Positions 1 through 7,270 of a stretch of DNA of 31,651 nucleotides are shown here, in pieces. Made by a program: the position numbers and the translations under genes. How positions within the stretch are numbered: the first letter of the stretch is position 1; each line of letters starts with the position of its first letter. Origin of the DNA: a virus (lineage: Duplodnaviria > Caudoviricetes); the IMG/VR virus record IMGVR_UViG_3300027863_000120, positions 1-31,651 of that record; one strand, given 5' to 3'. The notes below the pieces were generated by a model that did no database searches, was not told where the DNA came from, and saw nothing but the letters and a program-made list of their open reading frames with translations.

Positions 1-270
1 GTGCGGGCGTCTATTGCTGCGGCCTTTCGCCCGGATAACTATCCCCTTTTGTTGGCAGCGCACGCCTCTAGGCCCGAGCCATGGATGTTCTTCCAAGATT
101 ACCACCTGTCAAAGAAGCTGTTGACTAAGAAGCAGTTAGAGGCCGTGGAGTTAGTCTATGTTTACGGTTTTACCCAGGAACAGGCAGCAGGGAAACTGGG
201 GATAACTCCTCAAGTTTTACGCGTTAGGTTGAGTCGAGCTATTAAGCGTCTTGGGATTAAAAAAAAATAA
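1..270 (+). CDS. sigma70 region-4-type HTH regulator, probable late-gene activator (possibly 5'-truncated)
   Basis: LTKKQLEAVELVYVYGFTQEQAAGKLGITPQVLRVRLSRAIKRL fits the sigma70 r4 HTH pattern; lies upstream of the packaging genes; ORF starts at window edge. Confidence 0.75.
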   Translation: MRASIAAAFRPDNYPLLLAAHASRPEPWMFFQDYHLSKKLLTKKQLEAVELVYVYGFTQEQAAGKLGITPQVLRVRLSRAIKRLGIKKK

Positions 271-305
271 TTTACCCAAAAGTATGCTAAAAATCCCACA
301 AGCGG

Positions 306-331
306 CCACTTAATAACGGGACAAATCAAGT
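306..331. promoter_or_regulatory. intergenic motif CCAC-N7-CGGGACAAATCAAGT, copy 1
   Basis: Identical 15-mer plus identically spaced CCAC recurs at 13522-13547; both copies essentially intergenic. Confidence 0.5.
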
Positions 332-581
332 GGAACAGGTATCGAAATGGCTTACTCAAGAACTTCCGGACGATAAGCCATCTAATGGCTTTTATGGATA
401 CCCCTACGATAAAAAATATACGCCGAGAATACATCGAGAGGCACTCAGATTGCCGCATTGTTCTGCGGGAGGTGAGCGCGATTATCGCAAATGGGAGCAG
501 GAGCGCGCCCAGCGATGGCGCTCGATTCGAGAGGCCAAGCCACGATGTGAGGACCAACCGGATCTAAAGACTGCAGCTTGA
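330..581 (+). CDS. hypothetical protein (uncertain; competing frame 385..567)
   Basis: ORF only, no recognisable motif or clear RBS. Confidence 0.3.
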   Translation: MEQVSKWLTQELPDDKPSNGFYGYPYDKKYTPRIHREALRLPHCSAGGERDYRKWEQERAQRWRSIREAKPRCEDQPDLKTAA

Positions 582-653
582 GGTAGTTAATACGAGCGCC
601 GGGACGCTCGTGAAACTCTTTCCCGCAGGATTTCATACCCAAAGTATATTTGC

Positions 654-977
654 GTGAATAACCAGATCCCCTTATACACCACTGACGGCGAGCTGGCTGA
701 CTGGGTCAGCGAGCAGCGCCTGGCTCGGCTCGAGGCCGCCGGTTTGATCGCTCGCGTTGTGCGCCACCCGAAGGGGCACATCAATCGCGCCATCCTTTTT
801 CGGCGGGAGTGTGATGGGCCAATGATGAACATACGGCAGTATATGGGAACGCGCTATAGCTTCCGCGAGCATTTGGACAACGGGCGGCTGTGCTGGAAGC
901 TCAGGCAACTCGGACGTGGTAACGAGCTGCGCCCGATCTTCCTGGCCGTGCTTACAGAATGCATGGCATCGCGATGA
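654..977 (+). CDS. hypothetical phage protein
   Basis: 107-aa ORF with GTG start; stop overlaps next ATG (ATGA at 974-977). Confidence 0.7.
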   Translation: MNNQIPLYTTDGELADWVSEQRLARLEAAGLIARVVRHPKGHINRAILFRRECDGPMMNIRQYMGTRYSFREHLDNGRLCWKLRQLGRGNELRPIFLAVLTECMASR

Positions 978-1252
978 CGGATCATGAGAAAGAGCTGGCG
1001 CAGTTCTGGCTACGCTTACGAAAGCGCCTGGAGGCCGGCGCGCGGGAATATGGGGAGATATCCTTCCGCCGAGAGCCATCAGAGCTAATTGGCGAGATTG
1101 AGGAGGAGCTTCTGGATGTATGCGGCTGGGCCTTTATATTGTGGTGCAGGCTGAGGCGGCTGCAGGCGGTGCTTAGGCCAGAATCGGGTCCGAACTCGTC
1201 GCGGGTTACCGTTAGGGGGACTGATGGTACAAAATCTGAAGAGATGGGCTAA
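974..1252 (+). CDS. small helical protein, MazG-like/all-alpha NTP pyrophosphohydrolase-like
   Basis: RLEAGAREYG followed by the acidic helix ELIGEIEEELLDV (ExxEExxD); ATGA coupling sets start at 974. Confidence 0.5.
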   Translation: MTDHEKELAQFWLRLRKRLEAGAREYGEISFRREPSELIGEIEEELLDVCGWAFILWCRLRRLQAVLRPESGPNSSRVTVRGTDGTKSEEMG

Positions 1253-1258
1253 GTATTG

Positions 1259-1363
1259 TATTATCATGGATTTACGGGTCCTTCCAGGAAGCCGGCGGCG
1301 GCGGGTGAATTTGTTGCAAAATTTCGCTAGCGTCAGACCGGAAATAAACTTTCCACTTTCCAA
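1259..1363 (+). other. putative cos packaging region (cosQ-like GGGTCCT at 1276-1282)
   Basis: TTTACGGGTCCTT matches the lambda cosQ context as I recall it; followed by GGCGGCGGCGGGTG and tandem TTTCCA repeats; intergenic, upstream of a GpA-type terminase. Confidence 0.6.
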
Positions 1364-1963
1364 ATGAAAGATACAGCCACCCCGTCAATAGCGCGGCGCA
1401 TCGAGATGTGGCCCACAGAGCGGCTGATTCCGTACGATCGGAATCCGCGCACACACTCTGAAGAGCAAATCATGCAGATCGCGGCCTCGATTGCCGAGTT
1501 CGGCTTCACGAATCCGATTCTCGTGGACTCGCGCGACGGGATCGTCGCCGGTCACGGCCGGCTGCTGGCGGCGCGCAAGCTCGGGCTGGACGAGGTGCCG
1601 GTGATCGTGCTCGATCACCTGACGGAGGCCCAGCGGCGGGCGCTGGTGATTGCCGACAACAAACTGGCTCTCAATGCCGGCTGGGATGAGGAGTTACTCA
1701 GTGAGGAGCTAGCAGCCCTCAGGGATGACAATTTTGACCTTGACGTGATCGGGTTCAGCGATGAAGAGCTGGCGGATTTGTTCCAACCAGACAAGCCGGC
1801 ACGCGGTCAGTCGGTAGACGATGAAACGGAAGATACACCGACCAATATTGTCATTAGACTGTCTGTTCCGGCAACGGTATGGCTTGGAAGCCGCGAAGCC
1901 ATTTTGAACAAGCTTGACGCACTCGGAAAGACGTACCTGTGGAAGTACACGGTTGATGAATGA
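1364..1963 (+). CDS. ParB/Srx N-terminal-domain protein (phage DNA-modification-associated type)
   Basis: LIPYDRNPRTHS...IAASIAEFGFTNPILVD...IVAGHGRLLAARKLG...VIADNKLALNAGWD; no methyltransferase domain follows. Confidence 0.92.
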   Translation: MKDTATPSIARRIEMWPTERLIPYDRNPRTHSEEQIMQIAASIAEFGFTNPILVDSRDGIVAGHGRLLAARKLGLDEVPVIVLDHLTEAQRRALVIADNKLALNAGWDEELLSEELAALRDDNFDLDVIGFSDEELADLFQPDKPARGQSVDDETEDTPTNIVIRLSVPATVWLGSREAILNKLDALGKTYLWKYTVDE

Positions 1964-3327
1964 AGATCGGGTATCTAACGTGCGGTCGAGACGATTTCGG
2001 TTATGGCCTTGCGCTCGTGTTAGACGACCTGAAGTCTGCCGGGCACGAGCTGTATCGCATTACTCCGCGCACCGCTCCGCTCGTAGACTGGGCAGTATTC
2101 TCGGCCTTCTGGTGGGAGCATATATACGTCATAGCGGATTTTTTACGGACAGCAGGGTGCGAAAAGAGAAAGACCAGGCGGCCGAAGACCGTAGTCGGCG
2201 GATTCAACACAATGAATCCGTATGCCTTCAGCGGTCTTGTAGATTTCGTCTCAGTTGGAGATGGAGAAAACGTCTTACCGGAACTTATTGGCGGTAATTT
2301 ACCGGCTTGTGTGCTTTATGATGGCGGCCCGCCCCCGACTCCCGGTTTTGCTCCGGAGTTGAGGCCATTTGTGCACGAAACAAACGATATTGCGCGCATT
2401 GAAGTTGCGCGAGGATGTAAGTTTACCTGTACGTTTTGCGCTGTAACTTACTGGAAGCCCTACCGCGAGCTGCCGCTCGAGGGAATAATATCCGCTCTTC
2501 GGTCCACGCGTCGCAAGCGGGTTGCGCTGTTTGCGCCAGAGCCGACGATTCACAGTCAGGATGAGGAAATAACAAAGGCCGCTCACAGGCTCGGTAAGGT
2601 TCGTGTTGATAGCGACGTTCGCCTCGACAGACTATCACGCCGAAAGGATTCTGTTCCGAGAGTTGGAATCGAGGGTCTGAGCGAGCGGCTGCGGCGACTG
2701 GTGAAAAAGCCGTACCGAAACGAGCAGATTATCGAAGCTGTTAGGAGGGCCATTGCGGAAGGAAGACGGGGAATGTTTTGGTACGTCATCCTCGACTTAC
2801 CCGGCGAGGATGAAGAGGATTGGCGGGAATTCAAGGAGTTACTACAAAAAGTAAGTGAATTGCCAGGGGCCGAAGACTTCGTGCTGAAGCCAAGTCCGAA
2901 TGTGTTTTTGCCGACCCCGCACACACCGATGCAGTATGAGCCGATCCACTGGGACCGTGACTATCGCGTTAAGTGGCAGGAGCTATTCGGACGCGGAGAT
3001 GACCGCGATTGGGGCGTAATTATGGCTGAGCGTACAAGGGTATTTTCTCCCGGGATGCGGCTACTGGCGATGGTAAGCACGAGGGCCGGTGAAGAGTTCG
3101 CAGAGATTGAGCGAAATCTGATGCGGGACAAGGCAATTGCTATAAGGGGCGGACGCCCAGTTGTAGTTGACCTAAAGCGCCTTTTGTCGGTACTGCGCAA
3201 GTTTGGAGGTGCGGAAAAATACTGCGGAAGAATTAAGCCGGGAAGCGCCCCATGGGATAAGATCGTAAGACCCATAGCGCATCCAAAATTAGAGCATTTA
3301 TTTAACACCGCACCAGCCGCAGCGTAA
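1960..3327 (+). CDS. cobalamin-binding-type radical SAM enzyme (COG1032/TIGR03960-like)
   Basis: CxxxCxxC in IEVARGCKFTCTFC; N-terminal Rossmann-like region with VVGG...NP...DFVSVGDGE; GIEGLSERLR, LPGEDEED and PHTPMQ motifs; ATGA overlap with the ParB gene. Confidence 0.88.
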   Translation: MKIGYLTCGRDDFGYGLALVLDDLKSAGHELYRITPRTAPLVDWAVFSAFWWEHIYVIADFLRTAGCEKRKTRRPKTVVGGFNTMNPYAFSGLVDFVSVGDGENVLPELIGGNLPACVLYDGGPPPTPGFAPELRPFVHETNDIARIEVARGCKFTCTFCAVTYWKPYRELPLEGIISALRSTRRKRVALFAPEPTIHSQDEEITKAAHRLGKVRVDSDVRLDRLSRRKDSVPRVGIEGLSERLRRLVKKPYRNEQIIEAVRRAIAEGRRGMFWYVILDLPGEDEEDWREFKELLQKVSELPGAEDFVLKPSPNVFLPTPHTPMQYEPIHWDRDYRVKWQELFGRGDDRDWGVIMAERTRVFSPGMRLLAMVSTRAGEEFAEIERNLMRDKAIAIRGGRPVVVDLKRLLSVLRKFGGAEKYCGRIKPGSAPWDKIVRPIAHPKLEHLFNTAPAAA

Positions 3328-3331
3328 CAAT

Positions 3332-3796
3332 GTGATCGTAAAGAGCGCAAGGGCCTACGCAAAGCTAGTAGGTGCCAGTCATACAGCGGTAAATAATGCG
3401 ATCAAGCAGGGGTTAATAAAACCGCTTCCTGATGGATCAATCGATACGGAACAGGCTGATGCGGCGTGGCGTCCGAGGGTTCAGCGCAATGCAGTGAGGG
3501 CAGATCCGAAGTCGGTCGGGAGCCCAGATTACTACACAGCCCGGGCGATCCGCGAGCACTACTTAGCGCGGCTCGCTCGAATTGAGTTTGACGAAAAGGT
3601 CGGCAAGCTAGTAAGTCGCGATGAGGTACAAGTTGCAGCGTTCACTAAGGCTCGTACAGTTCGGGACAACTTACTGAACATACCGGACAGATTGGCGGCC
3701 GTACTCGCCGCCGAGACAGATGCAGACAAGGTACACAAGATTCTTACAGAAGAGATTAGGAAGGCGTTAGACGATCTTGCTGGCTCTAGCGACTGA
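3332..3796 (+). CDS. terS: terminase small subunit (Nu1-like)
   Basis: N-terminal wHTH SARAYAKLVGASHTAVNNAIKQG; C-terminal GKLVSRDEV...RDNLLNIPDRLA coiled region; overlaps terL. Confidence 0.85.
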   Translation: MIVKSARAYAKLVGASHTAVNNAIKQGLIKPLPDGSIDTEQADAAWRPRVQRNAVRADPKSVGSPDYYTARAIREHYLARLARIEFDEKVGKLVSRDEVQVAAFTKARTVRDNLLNIPDRLAAVLAAETDADKVHKILTEEIRKALDDLAGSSD

Positions 3797-5654
3797 AGTA
3801 TACAACGAGGCATTTAATGCTGGATTAAAGCCCGATCCGGTGCTTAGTGTCTCCGAGTGGGCTGATCGTTATAGAAGACTGTCGGGCAAGTCAGCGGCTG
3901 AACCGGGCCCATGGCGCACGGACCGCACCCCATATCTTCGGGAGATTATGGACTCGCTTTCACCGTCATGCCCGGTCGAGCGAGTAGTGTTCATGAAGGG
4001 CTCACAGGTCGGGGCAACCGAGTGTGGCAATAACTGGATAGGCTACGTAATCCACAAATCTCCCGGCCCAATGATGGTTGTTCAGCCCACAGTTGAGATG
4101 GCTAAGCGCAATTCAAAGCAGCGCATTGAGCCTCTTATTGAAGAAAGCGACGTGCTAAGGCAACTAGTCAAGCCGGCCCGGATGCGAGACTCAGGTAACA
4201 CCGTTCTGTCGAAGGAATTCCCCGGCGGACTACTGGTAATGACGGGGGCAAACAGCGCGGTTGGTCTTCGCTCAATGGCCGTCCGGTATTTGTTCCTCGA
4301 TGAGGTCGATGCATACCCTGGCGACGTGGATGAAGAGGGAGATCCGATCAATCTAGCGCTAGCCCGCACGCGCACATTCTCGCGCCGCAAGATATTCATG
4401 ACCTCGACCCCGCTAATTACCGGTCTAAGCCGAATTGAGGCAGCATATGCTGAGAGTGACCAGCGGCACTACTGGGTGCCGTGCCCGCATTGCGACCAAT
4501 TTCAAGTGCTGAAGTTCGAGCGGCTGCGCTGGCCCAAGGGCGAGCCGCAGAAAGCCGCCTACCACTGCATCGCCTGCGAGCAGCCGATCTTTAACTACCA
4601 GAAGAGCACGATGCTCGCGCGCGGCGAGTGGCGGCCCGAGGCGCAAGGCGACGGGCGCACGCGCGGCTATCACCTGTCAAGCCTTTACAGCCCGGTGGGC
4701 TGGTACTCATGGGAACGTGCCGCTGAGGATTGGGAGAAGGCGCAGAAGGATGTCGAGCGGCTGAAGTCATTCGTGAACCTGGTGCTTGGCGAGTCGTGGC
4801 AGGAGCGCGGCGACGCGCCAGACTGGCAACCACTTTACGACCGGCGCGAGGATTACCCGATCGGCACTGTCCCGCGCGGTGGCCTGTTCCTCACCGCCGG
4901 CGCGGACGTCCAACGGGACCGGATCGAAGTCGAAGTGGTTGCATGGGGTCGTAACAAAGAAAGTTGGTCAGTAGACTACCGTGTGCTAACTGGTGACATA
5001 GCAGAGGCTTCCGTTTGGCGAGACCTAGATGACTTACTTGATTCTGAGTTCAGCGGACTCCCCATCAGGGTGTTGTGTATTGACTCAGGTTTCAATCCGC
5101 ACTTGACTTATGAGTGGGCGCGGAAGCATCCGCAGGCTATCTGGGGCCCTAGTGGCGCGAGGGCGCCGCATCCGAAGACAGTAGTAGCGATCAAAGGAAC
5201 GGCACGTGCAGATAAGTTGATTCTGGGAGCCTCTCCGATTGATTCCAGCCGAAAGCGCGGCACACGGTTGTGGGCGATAGGTACACCAGTGGCCAAATCT
5301 GAGCTCTCCAGCCGGTTGCGTCTTAGTCCCCCAACGGAAGAAAGTGGAGAACCATTTCCGGCAGGCTATTGCCATTTTCCGCGTTACGGTGAGGAGTACT
5401 TTAAGCAGCTGACGTCTGAAAGCTTCGTAAAAGGGCACTGGGTAAAAGATCCAAATCGGCGCAATGAGGCGCTGGACTGCCGCGTTTATGCACGCGCGGC
5501 CGCAGCAATCTATGGAATAGACCGTTTCACGGATAAGCACTGGCAAGAGCTCGAGCAATCAGTGCCAGTTCAGTCTGCGTCCAAAACGCAACCGACGCAG
5601 CATACAGAGCAGCGTGGGTCTTGGATTCCCATACGGAAGGGTTGGCTACGATGA
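3777..5654 (+). CDS. terL: terminase large subunit, lambda GpA family
   Basis: WRTDRTPYLREIMD, VFMKGSQVGATE (Walker A-like), YLFLDEVD (Walker B), STP, CPHC/CIAC zinc motif, AGADVQRDR, IDSG, RNEALDC. Confidence 0.97.
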   Translation: MLALATEVYNEAFNAGLKPDPVLSVSEWADRYRRLSGKSAAEPGPWRTDRTPYLREIMDSLSPSCPVERVVFMKGSQVGATECGNNWIGYVIHKSPGPMMVVQPTVEMAKRNSKQRIEPLIEESDVLRQLVKPARMRDSGNTVLSKEFPGGLLVMTGANSAVGLRSMAVRYLFLDEVDAYPGDVDEEGDPINLALARTRTFSRRKIFMTSTPLITGLSRIEAAYAESDQRHYWVPCPHCDQFQVLKFERLRWPKGEPQKAAYHCIACEQPIFNYQKSTMLARGEWRPEAQGDGRTRGYHLSSLYSPVGWYSWERAAEDWEKAQKDVERLKSFVNLVLGESWQERGDAPDWQPLYDRREDYPIGTVPRGGLFLTAGADVQRDRIEVEVVAWGRNKESWSVDYRVLTGDIAEASVWRDLDDLLDSEFSGLPIRVLCIDSGFNPHLTYEWARKHPQAIWGPSGARAPHPKTVVAIKGTARADKLILGASPIDSSRKRGTRLWAIGTPVAKSELSSRLRLSPPTEESGEPFPAGYCHFPRYGEEYFKQLTSESFVKGHWVKDPNRRNEALDCRVYARAAAAIYGIDRFTDKHWQELEQSVPVQSASKTQPTQHTEQRGSWIPIRKGWLR

Positions 5655-5842
5655 CACTCGAAGAGCTTCAAGCGCAGCGCGAAGACATTCTTAAAACCAT
5701 CGGCGTCTATCGTGTGCAATTTGGCGAGCGGAGTGTGCAATACTCCGACCAAGCTAAGGCGTTAGCCGCAATTGATGCGGAAATTGCGCGCTTGCAGCAG
5801 GCACAGCGGCCGGTCAGTTATACGGAGTTTACAAAGGGATGA
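5651..5842 (+). CDS. head-tail adaptor, gpW-like
   Basis: 63 aa between terL and portal, VQFGERSVQYS motif; ATGA coupling at both ends. Confidence 0.8.
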   Translation: MTLEELQAQREDILKTIGVYRVQFGERSVQYSDQAKALAAIDAEIARLQQAQRPVSYTEFTKG

Positions 5843-7266
5843 ACTGGCTAGACCGCATAATCGGATGGTTTGATCCAGCACTGGCGAGCCGTCGTCTGCA
5901 CGCACGTATGAGTATGCGCGCCGCGGAACGCTTCTCCTATGAGGCGGCGCGCAGCACCCGCCGCACGTCTGGATGGCTCGCGCAAGAGACCGGGCCAAAC
6001 GCCGAAATCGCTAGTGCAGCGTCTAAATTGCGGGCGAGATCGCGGGACTTGGTGCGCAATAATGCCTATGCCGCCCGAGCAGTCTCGGCGGTGGCCGCGA
6101 ATGCTATTGGCGCCGGCATAGTGGCACGCACGCCAAATGTTAAGGCCGGAACTCGCTGGCAGAGCTGGATCGATATCTGCGACGCCGACGGGGCGCTGGA
6201 CTGGTACGGGCTGCAAGCGCTAGTGGCCCGGACTGTGGTGGAAAGCGGCGAATGCTTGGTGCGGTTCCGCCCCCGGCGGGTAGGAGATGGCGTAAATCCC
6301 CCGTTGCAGTTACAGGTACTCGAACCCGACTATCTGGCCTCATGGAAGACAGGCTCAACCAATACTGGCTACATGATCCAAGGCATTCAGTACGACCTGA
6401 TTGGACGCAGGATTGGGTACTGGTTATATGACCGGCATCCCGGAGAAGCGTCCACCTTAGTCGGGGCGACGTTGCCAGTGCCCAATCTTGTACCGGCGGA
6501 TCAGATCCTACACATATATCGCAAAGATCGTCCCGGGCAGGAACGCGGAGTACCTTGGCTTGCTCCTGTCATCATGCGGCTGCGCGATCTAGATGATTAC
6601 GAGGAAGCCGAGCTGGTCCGAAAGAAGATCGAGGCGTGCTTTGCCGCCTTCGTTACCGGTGGTGATCCGGCCCGCACCTTAGGCACATCACGCACGGATT
6701 CCGGCAGCGGACAGCGCATCGAGAGTTTTGAGCCTGGCATGATAACGTACCTGGGCGACAGCGAGGATGTAAAGTTTGCTACGCCTCAATTGTCCGCAGG
6801 CTATTCGGACTACGTTAGGCATCAGCTTAGGTCGATTGCGTCGGGCCTTGGCATTCCCTATGAGATCCTGACGGGAGATCTGTCGCAGACTAACTACTCC
6901 TCCATCCGCGCCGGATTACTCGAATTCAGGCGCATGATCGATCAATTCCGCTGGCAAATACTCATACCACAGTTCTGCCAACCGGTGTGGGATAGAGTAA
7001 TGACGCTTAGCGGGATTGATGCAGCCGTGACTTGGACCCCGCCAAAGTGGGAATGGGTCGATCCAGAGAAAGAGGTTGCGGCGGTACAGGCCAACATTCG
7101 TAACGGTCTCACAACGCTACGCGAAGCGATTTCCGAGATGGGATACGATCCGGACGAGCAACTCGCCGAGATAGCTAGAACCAACGAGGCCTTAGACCGT
7201 CTGGGAATTGTATTGGATTGCGATCCAAGAAAGGTAACTGCTAAGGGAATCGAACAAAAGGAGTAG
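5839..7266 (+). CDS. portal protein, lambda family
   Basis: LRARSRDLVRNN, RPGQERGVPWLAPV, LTGDLSQTNYSSIRAGLLEFRR, WVDPEKE. Confidence 0.97.
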   Translation: MNWLDRIIGWFDPALASRRLHARMSMRAAERFSYEAARSTRRTSGWLAQETGPNAEIASAASKLRARSRDLVRNNAYAARAVSAVAANAIGAGIVARTPNVKAGTRWQSWIDICDADGALDWYGLQALVARTVVESGECLVRFRPRRVGDGVNPPLQLQVLEPDYLASWKTGSTNTGYMIQGIQYDLIGRRIGYWLYDRHPGEASTLVGATLPVPNLVPADQILHIYRKDRPGQERGVPWLAPVIMRLRDLDDYEEAELVRKKIEACFAAFVTGGDPARTLGTSRTDSGSGQRIESFEPGMITYLGDSEDVKFATPQLSAGYSDYVRHQLRSIASGLGIPYEILTGDLSQTNYSSIRAGLLEFRRMIDQFRWQILIPQFCQPVWDRVMTLSGIDAAVTWTPPKWEWVDPEKEVAAVQANIRNGLTTLREAISEMGYDPDEQLAEIARTNEALDRLGIVLDCDPRKVTAKGIEQKE

Positions 7267-7270
7267 TTAT

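Noticed and set aside
591-612. Hairpin ACGAGCG/CGCTCGT as an intrinsic terminator
   Set aside because: No convincing U-tract on either strand; function unsupported
1364-1963. ParB as a plasmid-prophage partition system
   Set aside because: No ParA, no HTH/parS array seen; an integrase is present; the sequence is the methylase-associated ParB type
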